DNA of 64,000 nt from an uncultured Chloroflexia bacterium (lineage in GTDB: Bacteria > Chloroflexota > Limnocylindria > Limnocylindrales > CSP1-4), in contig CAWFXA010000002.1 in assembly GCA_963819655.1 (NCBI GenBank), forward strand, positions 1,440,001-1,504,000, read 5' to 3'. The position numbers and the translations under genes are program-made. Under the pieces are notes generated by a model, which saw only the letters and a program-made list of their open reading frames with translations, did no database searches and was not told where the DNA came from. Every line of letters starts with the position of its first letter. Within the stretch, counting starts at the first letter, position 1. Below, in pieces: positions 21,114-32,119 of this stretch.

Positions 21114-23633
21114 ATGCGCGGTCTCCACGGGCTGGCCTGGCGCGGCCTGCGCGCCCGGCCCCTGCGCACGGCCCTCACGATGATCGGCGTCGCTCTGGGC
21201 GTCGCCGTCCTGTACGCCGGTCTCGCGACGAACGCTGGTATCGGCGCGGCCGTGGATCGGGCTGTCAGTACGCTCGTCGGGCGGGCCGAGCTGCGGGTCG
21301 CCGCGTTCGGCGAGATCGGGCTGTCCGAGGCGACGTTGGCGACCATCCGTGACACGCCGGGCATCGACGTCGCGGCGCCGTCCTTCGAACGCCGGACGTA
21401 TCTCGGCACGGGCCTGTTCGGTCCGGGACCGCTGCCCGCGCCGGTGACGCTCGTCGGCATCGATCCGGCGCTCGAGCCGCGCATCCACGATCTGACGCTG
21501 GCTGCCGGTTCGCAGCTCGAGCGCGGTGACGACCCGTCTGCGCTCGTGTCTGCCACCCTCGCCCGCCAGGACGGGCTGACCGTGGGGTCGCGTGTCGGGC
21601 TGCAAGGCGTCGACGCCCCCGTCTACCTCCGGGTCGCCGGCATCCTCGCAGGAGACGGCCCGTGGGCCGGCGCGACGGGCCGCGCCGTGGTGACCCACCT
21701 GCCGGTCGCGCAGTCCGTGTTCGGTGCTGACGGGCTCACCCGCATCGACCTCGAGCTGACCCCCGGCGCCGACCCGGCGGCCGTCGTGGACGCGCTCGAG
21801 GCGACGCTCCTCGCCGAGCCGTATGTCGTGTCATCGCCGCGCGACCTGGCGACCGCGATGGAGGCGTCGACCGGCGACTTTGCCGCGACGACCGCGCTGA
21901 TCGCCGCGATCGCCCTGTTCGCCGGGGCGTTCCTGATCTTCAACACGCTGTCGATGACGGTGGTCGAGCGGGTCCGCGAGCTCGGACTTCTGCGCGCCGC
22001 AGGCGCGACGCGCAGCCAGTTGACGTCGTACATCCTGCTGCAGGCGTCGGTCATCGGGGTCGTCGGGGCCGGGCTCGGGATCGTCGCCGGTGGGGTGCTG
22101 GCGACGGGCATCGCCGCCTGGATGGGCTCGGTCGGGTCGGTCCCGATCGCCGGTCCCGTCGTCCGCCTGACCGACGCGCTGGCCGCGCTCGTGATCGGTC
22201 TCGGCGTGACGCTCGCTGCAGCGGTCGAGCCGGCTCGACGGGCCGGGCGCGTGCCGCCGGTCGAAGCATTGAAGTCCCGTCTCGATCTGCCGCCGGCACG
22301 ACGTGCCCGACTTCGCTGGTTGATCGCGGTCTTCGCCGTCGTCGGCGTCCTCGGGCTGGCGATCTGGCCGCGAGCGGCCGGCGACGCCGCGCTCCTGCGC
22401 TCGCTCGTCGTCTACGCGGTCCTCCTCGCGGTGACCCTCCTCGTCCCGTTCGTCCTGCCCGTGCTCGCGCGTCTCGCCGGGGCTCCGTTCAGGCTGCTGT
22501 CCCGTCTCGAGGAGCGGCTCGCCCGCGCCTCCGTCCTGCGCGATCGTGCCCGCGCGGCCCTGACGGTCGGTGCGCTGACGGTCGGCCTGGCGATGATCGT
22601 GGCACTCGGCGGGGTCGGGCAGCACGCCCGCGCCGCGGCTGGTGCCTGGATCGCCGACGTCGTCCCCGGCGACCTCATCGTCACCTCGATCTTCCCCCGC
22701 GGCCTCGACGAGGGGCTGGACGCGACGCTCGGGGCGCTCCCGGGCGTCCGGTCCGTCAGCCCCATCGCCACCTTCGATCTCGCCGTGGACGGTCGCCGGG
22801 TGGATGGCGTCGCGATGGTCGGCGCCGATCTGGACGCGGACGGCCGGCTGCACCTGGTCGACGGCGACCGGGCGACGGCTCTCGCCGAGCTCGATCGCGG
22901 GGGCGCGGTCATCGTCCCGTCGGGCGTCGCCGCCCGCGACGGCCTCGAGATCGGATCGCGGATCATCGTCGCGGCAGCCGATGGGTCGGCGATGAGCCTG
23001 CGCGTCGTCGGCGTGGCGGGGCGGACGCTGCCCGGTCGGTCCGGCGAATCGCTGCTGGTCGGCTGGGCCGATGCCGGGCGACTCGGGATCGACGGCGCGG
23101 ACGCGTTCGCCGTGCGCTTCATCGAGGGCGCATCAGCGGTCGATCAGGCGGCGCTCGCTGACGAGGCGCGCACGCTGGCGCTCGACCCCGTGCCGCTCGA
23201 CCGGATCCAGGGTGCGATCGGCGAAGCGCTCGATCGCGTGTTCGGGCTGTTCGACGTGTTGTCGCTGATCGCCGTCATCGTCGCCGCGCTCGGGATCGTC
23301 AATACGCTGACCATGAACGTCCTGGAGCGGGTCCGCGAGATCGGCGTGCTGCGGGCGGCCGGGATGACCCGACGCCAGGTCTGGCGGTCGGTCGTGGTCG
23401 AGGCCGGCATCACCGGGCTCGTCGGGGCGATCTGCGGCGTCGTCGCCGGGTTCGTCGTCGGCGGCCTGATGATCGCCCTGTCCGGTGGCCGTTGGGATCT
23501 TGCGATGGCCGTCCCGTGGATGGCCGTCGTGGCCGCCTTCGTGCTTGGGGTCGTGCTGGCCATGCTGGCCGCGGCATACCCCGCGCGGCTGGCCAGCGGC
23601 ATCTCGATCGTGCGTGCCGTGGGGTACGAATAG
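21114..23633 (+). CDS. ABC transporter permease, duplicated FtsX/MacB-type
   Basis: Two copies of NTL.M.V.ERVRE.G.LRAAG. Confidence 0.9.
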   Translation: MRGLHGLAWRGLRARPLRTALTMIGVALGVAVLYAGLATNAGIGAAVDRAVSTLVGRAELRVAAFGEIGLSEATLATIRDTPGIDVAAPSFERRTYLGTGLFGPGPLPAPVTLVGIDPALEPRIHDLTLAAGSQLERGDDPSALVSATLARQDGLTVGSRVGLQGVDAPVYLRVAGILAGDGPWAGATGRAVVTHLPVAQSVFGADGLTRIDLELTPGADPAAVVDALEATLLAEPYVVSSPRDLATAMEASTGDFAATTALIAAIALFAGAFLIFNTLSMTVVERVRELGLLRAAGATRSQLTSYILLQASVIGVVGAGLGIVAGGVLATGIAAWMGSVGSVPIAGPVVRLTDALAALVIGLGVTLAAAVEPARRAGRVPPVEALKSRLDLPPARRARLRWLIAVFAVVGVLGLAIWPRAAGDAALLRSLVVYAVLLAVTLLVPFVLPVLARLAGAPFRLLSRLEERLARASVLRDRARAALTVGALTVGLAMIVALGGVGQHARAAAGAWIADVVPGDLIVTSIFPRGLDEGLDATLGALPGVRSVSPIATFDLAVDGRRVDGVAMVGADLDADGRLHLVDGDRATALAELDRGGAVIVPSGVAARDGLEIGSRIIVAAADGSAMSLRVVGVAGRTLPGRSGESLLVGWADAGRLGIDGADAFAVRFIEGASAVDQAALADEARTLALDPVPLDRIQGAIGEALDRVFGLFDVLSLIAVIVAALGIVNTLTMNVLERVREIGVLRAAGMTRRQVWRSVVVEAGITGLVGAICGVVAGFVVGGLMIALSGGRWDLAMAVPWMAVVAAFVLGVVLAMLAAAYPARLASGISIVRAVGYE

Positions 23634-23705
23634 AGGCAGGAATCGTGGTGCTAGACTCGTGCCGTCGGTCGCGCCCCCAGCACGACCCCCGTCACGGAGC
23701 CTGGC

Positions 23706-24347
23706 TTGACGATCGCCATCCCGCGCCTCGACCGGAGCACGGCCGAAGAGCGCGGTCTCACCCTGGCGGACTTCCTCGTCCCGATCCGACTCGGCGAACG
23801 CACCCCGACATGGGTCCGCCACCTCCTGCTCGTGTTCGCGGGCACGCTGATCGTGGCCGTGTGCGCGCAGGTCGTCATCCCGACCCAGCCTGTCCCGTTC
23901 ACGCTCCAGAGCTTCGGCGTCCTCACGGTCGGTGCCGCGCTCGGCTTCCGGCGGGGCGCCCTCGCGCTGCTCCTGTACCTTGCGGTGGGGGCGATCGGCC
24001 TTTCGGTCTTCGCCCCCGGTGGGCCGCAGGGTTTCGCCCGGCTGGTCGGTGCGACCGGTGGCTACCTGGTCGGGTTCGTCGTCGCGGCGGCGATCGTCGG
24101 CCGCCTGGCCGAGCTCGGGTGGGACCGCAGGATCGGTGGTTCCCTGGCCGCGATGGCCATCGGCACCGCGGTCATCTACGCGATCGGCGTGCCGTGGCTG
24201 AAGGTCGTCAGCGGTATCTCGTGGGAGGCGGCCGTCGCCGGCGGGATGACCAAGTTCCTCATCTGGGATGCGGCCAAGCTGGCCGTCGCGGCGGGCATCT
24301 TCCCGGTCGCGTGGTGGATCATCGGCCGCCGCCCCGAGGATCGCTGA
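23706..24347 (+). CDS. bioY: Biotin transporter BioY
   Basis: PVPFTLQ, GATGGYLVGF, YAIGVPWL. Confidence 0.9.
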   Translation: MTIAIPRLDRSTAEERGLTLADFLVPIRLGERTPTWVRHLLLVFAGTLIVAVCAQVVIPTQPVPFTLQSFGVLTVGAALGFRRGALALLLYLAVGAIGLSVFAPGGPQGFARLVGATGGYLVGFVVAAAIVGRLAELGWDRRIGGSLAAMAIGTAVIYAIGVPWLKVVSGISWEAAVAGGMTKFLIWDAAKLAVAAGIFPVAWWIIGRRPEDR

Positions 24348-24459
24348 CCGCTTCTTTGAGCGACCGGTAGGAGTCGCGCAGCAGGCCTTCGACTGGCGTC
24401 GAAATCCGTTCCCCAGCGTCCCAATCGTGTCTCCCTCCTTGTCCGGCTATCGTGCGTCC

Positions 24460-25285
24460 GTGGATACGCGGCGCGGCGACCCGGGGATGTTCGGGCCTGA
24501 TTCGGCCGCCTGGGCGCTCGACCGCGAAGCGATGTTGCTTCTCGGCGCAGGCCCGCGTGCGCTGCTGCTCCAGCTCGCTCACCCGGGGGTCGCGGCCGGC
24601 GTGGCCGAGCATTCCGACTTCCGGGCCGATCCGTGGCGCAGGTTGAACGGGACGCTGCGAAGCTACCTGCGGATCATCTATGGCTCGACGCATGCGGCAC
24701 GCGACGAGATCCGCCGCCTCAACACGCTCCATCGCGGGATCCACGGTCCGGGTTACGACGCGCGCGACCCCGCGCTGTCGATGTGGGTGCACGCGACGCT
24801 GGTCGATTCGACGGTTGTCGTCAATGACCGCTGGTCAGGTCCCGTGGCGCGCGATCAGGCGGCGCGGTTCTACGACGAGACGAAGCCGATCGCCCGTGCG
24901 TTCGGGGTCCCCGACGCGATCCTTCCGCCTGACCTCGACGCGTTCGAGGCGTACCTGGCTCTGCAGCTCGGACCCGACGGTCCGGTCCGAGGTCGGGTCG
25001 ATTGCGCGGGAGCTCGCGGAGGCGATCATGCACCCGCCACTCCCCGGGGTGCTGGCACGGATCGGGGTCGACCCGCGCCTTTACGACTGGACGCTCTGGC
25101 CGTCGATCGGCCTGCTGCCGGACTCGATCCGCGGGCAATACGGGTTCGCGTGGGGCCCGTGGGAGAGGGCTGTTTCGAGCTGGCTCGTCACGGCTTGGCG
25201 CACCTGGAACCCGGTGTTGCCGGCTGGCTTCCGCCAGATGCCCCAAGCCCTCGCCGCCGATCGCCGGGTCAACGGCGGGCCCTAG
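24460..25285 (+). CDS. Oxygenase MpaB/DUF2236 family protein; frameshift near 24988
   Basis: FGPDS..W, ALLLQLAHP.VAAGVAEHSDFR, WVHATL; C-terminus IGLLP in another frame. Confidence 0.82.
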
Positions 25286-26680
25286 TAGAAAGCCGGGAAC
25301 CTCGGCCGGAACAGCGTCGACAGGTCCGCCGGTGTCGCGTCGTCGAGCGTCTTGAGCAGCGACTGGGTGTTCGAGATCCGGTAACGCCGATCGGCGACGT
25401 ACTGCTTGAGGGTCGACCAGAACAACGTCGAACCCATCCTCGAGCGCACCTGGTTGAGCAGGTTCCCGCCCTGGATGTAGACGATCTCGTAGTAGCAGCC
25501 GCTGGTGTAGCTGTAGATCGACCGGTCGAGCCGTCCGGTCGCGCAGCGGCTCGCCCGACGCGTCCCGGTCACGTCGCGGGCGACGAAGTCGGCCAGCGCC
25601 TCGTCCGCGAACGGCTGGCGGGCCTGGTCGTTGCCGACCAGTCCGTAGAACCACTGGTGCGCGGTCTCATGAGCGACGAGATAGCGCAGGTTCGCGCTGC
25701 CCACGCCGTACGGGATCCAGGTCATCCCCGGCGATTCCATGCCGTACCCGCCCGCCGATTGGACGACCTTGTAGATGGGGTAGGGATACGGGCCCAGGCG
25801 CGACTGCATCGCCCGGAAGGCGTCCGCCGCGGCATCCACGACCAACGCGCGGTTGGCCGACGAGCGGTAGTAGTAACGCACCTTGGTCGACCCGACCGAG
25901 GACGGTCGCGGTCCGGAAGTCGGGCGCGGCCGTGATCGTGACGTCGCGCACGTTGCGCGCGACGAACCGCTGGGTCCGACCGTCGGACGACACGGACACC
26001 CGGTCGGCGGTCGACGCGACGACGAGCCGGCGATCCGCCCGGAGCGTGACCGCCACGTCGGGGCTGACCGGGGTCACGAACGGGTCGCCGTGGTTCGGCC
26101 GGGTGAACGGTGTGGCACGGCTCACCCACGGGATCCAGCGGTACGCGTCGACGATCCCGTTCACCTTCGTGAACAGCCAGTTCGAGCCCGACAGCGAGCT
26201 CCGCAGCCGCGCGAGGTAGTGCGTGCGAACCTTCACGGTGTCTCCGGCGGCGAGGATGCCCCCGAGCGGCACGACGATCGTCTGATCGCTCACGCGGCGG
26301 GGCACGTTCCGGCCGTCTACCTGCACGACCCGCAGCGACATCCCGCCGAGCCGCGCGGCGATGGTGTTGAGCTCGATCCGGTCGATCGGGCCGCCCGACG
26401 TGTTGGTGATCGTCGCGACGCTGTTGACCATGAACGACCGGCTCGCGTAGTTGAGCGTCAGCCCGACCGAGTACGTGGCACTCAGGTTCAGACTCGTGCG
26501 GTTGACGCTCCCCGGTGTGATCGCGCTGACCGCGGTCCCGGTGGCAGCGGCGTCGATGTCATCGGCCGCCTGGACTGGCAGGCGCTCGCTGCAGGCGAAC
26601 GCCGGCGCGGCGATCCCGAGGACCAGCAGCACGGCGAGCGCGACCGGGGCGGCGATCCGCGACAACGATTGTCGGGGCAT
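25282..26680 (-). CDS. Secreted M1-family aminopeptidase; frameshift near 25900
   Basis: Signal peptide; GMESPG, HETAHQWF, DEALA in the second frame. Confidence 0.82.
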
Positions 26681-26757
26681 CAGGCCCGAATCCTACCCGC
26701 GGCGGTCGATTCAGCGCTCCCGGACCTTGGTCCCGCCGCGCCCTACACTGCGCGGGC

Positions 26758-28147
26758 ATGGCAAGCGGCACCGTCACCGATGCGTTCCTGGACGCTGTCC
26801 GTGCCCGGCTTCCCGACCTCCGGTTGCTCATCGACGAGGCGGATCGCGAGACGTATCGACGCGACGAGACCGCCTATCTGCCGGCCGGCCTGCCGGGCGC
26901 CGTGGCGCTGCCGACCGAGACTGCCCAGGTCGCCACGCTCGTCCGGATCTGTGGCGAATTCGATGTCCCGATCGTCCCGCGCGGTGCCGGCTCGGGGCTG
27001 AGCGGCGGCGCCGCCGGCATCGATGGCGCCCTGACGGTCGCGTTCACCGCGATGGACCGGATCGTCGAGATCGACCCGCCGAACCTGTGCGTGGTCACCC
27101 AGCCGGGCGTCATCAACGCACGGCTGAAGGCCGCGGTCGCCGAGCACGGCCTGTTCTATGCGCCCGATCCGGCGAGCTTCGAGATGTGCTCGATCGGTGG
27201 CAACCTGGGCACGAATGCCGGCGGCCTGTGCTGTGTGAAGTACGGCCAGACGCGCGAGTCCGTGCTCGGGCTCGAGGTCGTCATGGCCGATGGCAGCGTG
27301 ATCCGGACCGGTGGCAAGAACGTCAAGGACGTCGCGGGCTACTCGCTGACCCACCTCATCGTCGGGTCGCAGGGCACGCTCGCACTGGTCACCGAGGCGA
27401 CGCTGCGTCTGCGGCCGGCGCCGCCGCCGCGCGCCACCCTCCTGGCGTTCTTCCCGACGCTCGAAGGGGCCGGGGAAGCCGTCGCCGGGATCGCGGCCGC
27501 CGGGCTGTCGCCGGTGACGCTCGAGCTGATGGACAGGTTCACGATCCGGGCGGTCGACGACATGCACGGGCTCGGGCTCGACCGCGATGCGGCCGCGATG
27601 CTGATGATCGAGTCGGATCTGCCGACGCTCGCGGCTGACGACGAGCTTGCACGGGCCGAGGCCGTCTGCGTCGGGGTCGGGGCGACGTACGACCGTCCGC
27701 TCGCAGACCGTCGCCGAGGCCGACCTCCTGCGGCAGGCACGGCGGGCCGCGCACTGGGCACTCGAGAAGATCGGCGACGTGAAGATGGAGGACGTCGGCG
27801 TGCCTCGCTCGCGGGTGCCGGACATGCTCCGGGCGATCGAGGCGATCGCGGCCAGGCACGACGTGCGCATCGGGACGTTCGGGCACGCCGGAGACGGCAA
27901 TCTCCACCCGGACCTCGTCCTGGAGCGCGGCGACCCACGGGCCGAGGCCATCACGAAAGCGGTCCAGGCCGACCTCTACCAGGCCGCGCTCGACCTGGGC
28001 GGGACGGTGACCGGCGAGCATGGCATCGGCTCCGCGCGACGCGAGTGGCTGGAGCCGCAGCGCGGCGCGGACGCCGTGCGGGTCATGCGCTCGATCAAGA
28101 CCGCGCTCGATCCCCAGGGGCTGCTCAACCCCGGGCGCGTCCTCTAG
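26758..28147 (+). CDS. FAD-linked oxidase (GlcD/D-lactate dehydrogenase family); frameshift near 27690
   Basis: PRGAGSGLSGG, PDPAS, SIGGN, HAGDGNLH, GEHGIG, LNPG. Confidence 0.9.
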
Positions 28148-28292
28148 CCCTCGAGTCATCCGCCGGGCGGCCGGCTGCGCATGACGAGAAGAGCCCGACG
28201 GACCAGTCGCGACGACGTCGAGGCGACCGATGGACCGGGAGCCGTGGAGGAAACCGGTCCCTACTCCCAGAGAAGGAGGGTCGCAACCCACC

Positions 28293-29465
28293 ATGTCTCC
28301 AAGGAAGCTCGCCGCGTTCGGGACGGCGATGGTCGCATTGACCATCGGCGCCGCCCCGATCCTCACCAGCGCGGCCGACCACCTCGATGCCCCCGCCCTC
28401 GGCGGGGCGACCGCAAACGGCCAGATCGCGCCGCATTCGGAGCACGGCGACCGCGACATCAACGATGTCTACGTCTTCCGGGCACCCGATAGCTCGCGCC
28501 GGACCGTCATCGCCATGACGGTCAACCCGGCCATCAACCTGTTCGGTGGCAACTTCGGGACCAACGTCAGGTACATCTTCAACATCGACAAGAACGGCGA
28601 TGAGAAGGCGGACCTGGCCTACGTCGCGCGGTTCGGCCGCGTCGATCGCAGCGATGGCGACAAGTACCCCGAGCAGGACTACCGGATCACGAAGTACACG
28701 GGCAGCCATGCCCGCGCGCTCGACTCCGGCACCGCCGTCGCTTGGGGCGAGAGCAACGAGGGGAGCGCCTCGACACGGCAGAATCTCCGCGCCTGGGCCG
28801 GCGTTCGGTCCGATCCGTTCTTCTTCGACCTGACCGGGTTCATCGGGACGACGACGCTGCTGACGACCGGTACGGCCGTCGGCGGCGACGCGCTCGGCAA
28901 CAACCCGACCGACTTTTTCGAGAACCTCAACACCAACGCGATCGTCCTGTCGATCCCGACCTCGCAGCTGCCCGACACCATCGGCGTCTGGGCGGTCACG
29001 CAGTATCGGAAGGACGGCAAGTGGCGGGCAGGCGACCAGATGGGTCGACCCGCGATCAACACCGTGTTCAACCCTGCGGCCGACAAGGATCTGTTCAACC
29101 GGACTCCGCCGAGCAAGCAGGCCACGGCCTACGACGGCAAGTTCCGCAAGAACGTGATCAACGGCCTCAAGTTCTTCTCGAGCCTCGATAGCGAAGGCGC
29201 GTACTCGAATGCACAGGCGGGGGCGTTGGCCGACGTCCTGATCCCGGACGTGCTCGTGTACAGCCGCTCGAGCAAGCTGCCCGCGCCGCTCAACGGCCGA
29301 GCGCTCGCCGATGACGTCATCGACGTCGAGCTCAACGTGACCACGGGCGGCGATCCGCTCGGCCTGTTCGCGAACCGCGACGCCAACGGCGCCGTGCCGG
29401 GGGACGGGGTCGGTCCACACACCGACTACCTGTCGCGCTTCCCGTATCTCGGGAGGCCCCACTAG
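28293..29465 (+). CDS. Secreted DUF4331 family protein
   Basis: ADHLDAP, DINDVYVF, RSDPFFFD, DQMGRPAINT, NGRALADDVID, FPYL. Confidence 0.88.
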   Translation: MSPRKLAAFGTAMVALTIGAAPILTSAADHLDAPALGGATANGQIAPHSEHGDRDINDVYVFRAPDSSRRTVIAMTVNPAINLFGGNFGTNVRYIFNIDKNGDEKADLAYVARFGRVDRSDGDKYPEQDYRITKYTGSHARALDSGTAVAWGESNEGSASTRQNLRAWAGVRSDPFFFDLTGFIGTTTLLTTGTAVGGDALGNNPTDFFENLNTNAIVLSIPTSQLPDTIGVWAVTQYRKDGKWRAGDQMGRPAINTVFNPAADKDLFNRTPPSKQATAYDGKFRKNVINGLKFFSSLDSEGAYSNAQAGALADVLIPDVLVYSRSSKLPAPLNGRALADDVIDVELNVTTGGDPLGLFANRDANGAVPGDGVGPHTDYLSRFPYLGRPH

Positions 29466-29476
29466 TCGGAGCGCGT

Positions 29477-29506
29477 CGGAGGGCGGTCCAGACGGGCCGC
29501 CCTCCG
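29477..29506 (+). terminator. GC hairpin after the DUF4331 gene
   Basis: cggagggcggtcc-agac-gggccgccctccg. Confidence 0.5.
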
Positions 29507-29529
29507 TCGCTCCGTCGGGACGCAATGTC

Positions 29530-30893
29530 ATGACGGTATCGCCGACGCACTCCCTCGCCGCCGACCCCGGGCCATCGGCCTCCTGCTGGCGGCCGGGCTC
29601 GTCGTTGCCGGTTCCTACCTCTTGGCCGCGTTCCGTCCGACCGCGCTGCCGACCAGCGCCCCGCCGGCGCAGCCCCTACCGGCCGCGTCCGCCGCGCCCA
29701 TCGATGGCGGTGGAGCACCCGTCGGTTCGATCGCCCAGATCGACGGGTCGATCGAAGCCTGGTCGAAGAACCTCGAGACCAACCCGCGAGACTTCCTCGC
29801 CGCGACCAACCTGGCGGCGCTGTATCACGGTCGTGGACGGCTGACGTACGACCTGACCGACTACGACCGCGCGCTGACGGCAGCCCGGACGGCGCTCAAG
29901 ATCGAACCGTTGCATGGCCCGGCGCGTGCGCTCGAGGGCGCGATCCTCTTCTCACTCCATGACTTCGCCGGCGCGTTCGCGTCCGCCGATGCGCTGGTCC
30001 GCGACGATCCGTCGCAGACGGGCGCGCTCGCTGTCCGGTTCGACGCTGCCCTCGAGCTCGGGCGCATCGATGTCGCGCGTGCGGACCTGGACGGACTTCG
30101 GGGCGTCGGCGGACCCGCCGTCCTGATTCGCGAGGCCCGTCTTACCTCGGTCACCGGCGACGCCGACCTCGCTTTGGAGCAGGCACAGGCTGCCCGCGCA
30201 GCGGCCATCGCCGACGAGGTCGAGGACCTCGGCTTCTACGCGTATGCCGAGGGCGAGTATGCCAGGCTCGTCGGCGATGCGGCAGCGGCCCGAACCGCCT
30301 TCGCCGACGCGCTCGAGGGCCGCGATGACGATGTCGGCGCGCTCATCGGGCTCGCCCGTATCGACGCGTTCGACGGCGAGGTCGAGGCGGCGATAGCAGG
30401 CCTCCGCCGAGCGACGGATATCGCACCACAACCCGAGGCCCTGGCGCTACTCGGCGATCTCCTGGAGCAGCAGGATCCGGGTGCCGGGGCGGCGTCGTTC
30501 GAGACGGTGCGGTTCATCGAGCGACTCGGCGACGTCCAGGCAACGACATACGACCGGCAACTGCTTCGGTTCGAGCTCGATCACGGTGGCGCGAGCGAGG
30601 GGTTGCTTGCGCGCGTACGCGAGTCAGTGGCCGAGCGACCCGACTGGTCCGGACACGACACCTTGGCTTGGGCCCTCTATCGCCTCGGGCATCTCGACGC
30701 TGCGGCTGAGTCGATCATCGCGGCCCGTTCCCTCGGCGCCGACGATGCCCGCCTGCGGTTCCACGACGGCGCGATCCAGCTCGCCCGCGGCGATGCCGTC
30801 GGCGGGCAGGCCCTGTTGCGCTCTGCACTCGAACTCGGCCCGGCACTCGACCCTGTGGAACGCGCTCAGGCGGGGAGGCTCCTCGGAGGATGA
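29530..30893 (+). CDS. Membrane-anchored TPR protein (usual DUF4331 partner); probable frameshift near 29555
   Basis: TPR helices, DTLAWALYRLG, ARLRFHDG; the TM segment is in the main frame but the ATG at 29530 is in another frame. Confidence 0.75.
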
Positions 30894-30934
30894 TGTCGGC
30901 GGTCCGCTACCGGGGGCGCTCCTCGTCCTCCGAC

Positions 30935-31103
30935 CACTCCCTCGACATGCACCCGGGGCATGCGCGCCGCGCGCACCACTAGCCCAGGGACACAGGTCGG
31001 CTGTTCCGGAGCACTCACATGCTCCCAGTGCATATGCTCGGCAACCGACGAGGCGATCGCGTCGCAACGAGGCGACATGCGCCCGGTGCATGACGAGGGA
31101 GTG
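30935..31103. repeat. 169-bp inverted-repeat module (MITE/REP-like)
   Basis: 28-bp terminal inverted repeats (25/28 match) plus an internal partial copy at 31018-31033. Confidence 0.7.
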
Positions 31104-31106
31104 CGA

Positions 31107-31176
31107 TTGACACGACTCGGTCGTCACCCGGATGATGCGCGGGCCATGCGCGCACATCTGTTCAGCACATCTGTGC
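31107..31176 (+). promoter_or_regulatory. Promoter and tandem operator for the SorC-family operon
   Basis: TTGACA-N18-GATGAT, then GCACATCTGT twice at a 13-bp period (31152 and 31165). Confidence 0.6.
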
Positions 31177-31192
31177 GGCCCGTTTCCGAACG

Positions 31193-32119
31193 GTGACCAC
31201 CGACCGCGACCGGCTCGTCCTGGCGAGCCGTCTCTACTACGAGCTCGGCGAGACGCAGAACGCGATCGCAGATCGGCTCGGAGTGACACGGCCCCAGGTC
31301 AGCCGCCTGCTGAAGCGCGCCCGCGCAGAGGGCATCGTCGAGATCCGGATCGTCGACCGGGACACGGCCGAATCTCCCGCCGCGGACGCTCTCCGACAGC
31401 GCTTCGGGCTTGATGCCGTCCACCTCGCGCCGACCCTCGCCGGTCCAGAAGACCTCACGCGACGCATCGTCGGTCGGCTCGCCGCGCAGGTCCTGCGCGC
31501 CACGATCCGCGACGGGAACATCGTCGGGATCGGTGATGGCGCGTCGATCGGAGCCGTTGCTGACGCGCTCGACGATGCCGCGACCCCGGTCCGCGCAACA
31601 GTCGTGCCGCTGGCCGGCGGGTACTGGTCGACCGGGCCGGAGCGCGAGCCGTTCAGGCGTATCGCCGATGCCTTCGGCGCCCAGCCGCACGGACTCATGG
31701 CACCCGGCCTGCTTGACGACGCGGCCACGAAGCGAGCGCTCGAAAGCCATGCCGGCGTCCGCGCCGTCGTCGATCTATGGGATCGGCTCGACGTCGCGCT
31801 GTTCGGGATCGGCGGCCGCTCGTGGGGCGCGTCATCCGTCGGCCCCGAGGTCGCCCGGGAGCTCGAGACCGACGCCGCGATCGGCGAGATCCTCATCGCA
31901 CCGTTCGATATCGACGGCGCCTTCGTCTGTCCGACGCTGCGAGATCGCGTGCTCGCGTTCGACGCCAGGGCGCTCGGCCGTGTGCCGGTGTCGATCGGGG
32001 TCGGGGCGGGCGAGCGCAAGGTCGGTCCGATCCTGGGCGCACTCCGCTCCGGGACCGTGAAGACGCTTGTGACCGATGTCGCAACCGCGGAGGCCGTGGT
32101 CGCGAGGGACGCGCCGTGA
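31193..32119 (+). CDS. SorC/DeoR-family sugar-binding transcriptional regulator
   Basis: LYY...TQ..IA..LGVTR.QVSRLL..AR.EGIV HTH; sugar-binding domain ending in LVTD. Confidence 0.92.
   Translation: MTTDRDRLVLASRLYYELGETQNAIADRLGVTRPQVSRLLKRARAEGIVEIRIVDRDTAESPAADALRQRFGLDAVHLAPTLAGPEDLTRRIVGRLAAQVLRATIRDGNIVGIGDGASIGAVADALDDAATPVRATVVPLAGGYWSTGPEREPFRRIADAFGAQPHGLMAPGLLDDAATKRALESHAGVRAVVDLWDRLDVALFGIGGRSWGASSVGPEVARELETDAAIGEILIAPFDIDGAFVCPTLRDRVLAFDARALGRVPVSIGVGAGERKVGPILGALRSGTVKTLVTDVATAEAVVARDAP

Noticed and set aside
30893-31193. FMN/TPP/purine riboswitch upstream of the ABC operon
   Set aside because: No recognisable consensus motifs; the region is explained by an inverted-repeat module, a promoter and an operator.
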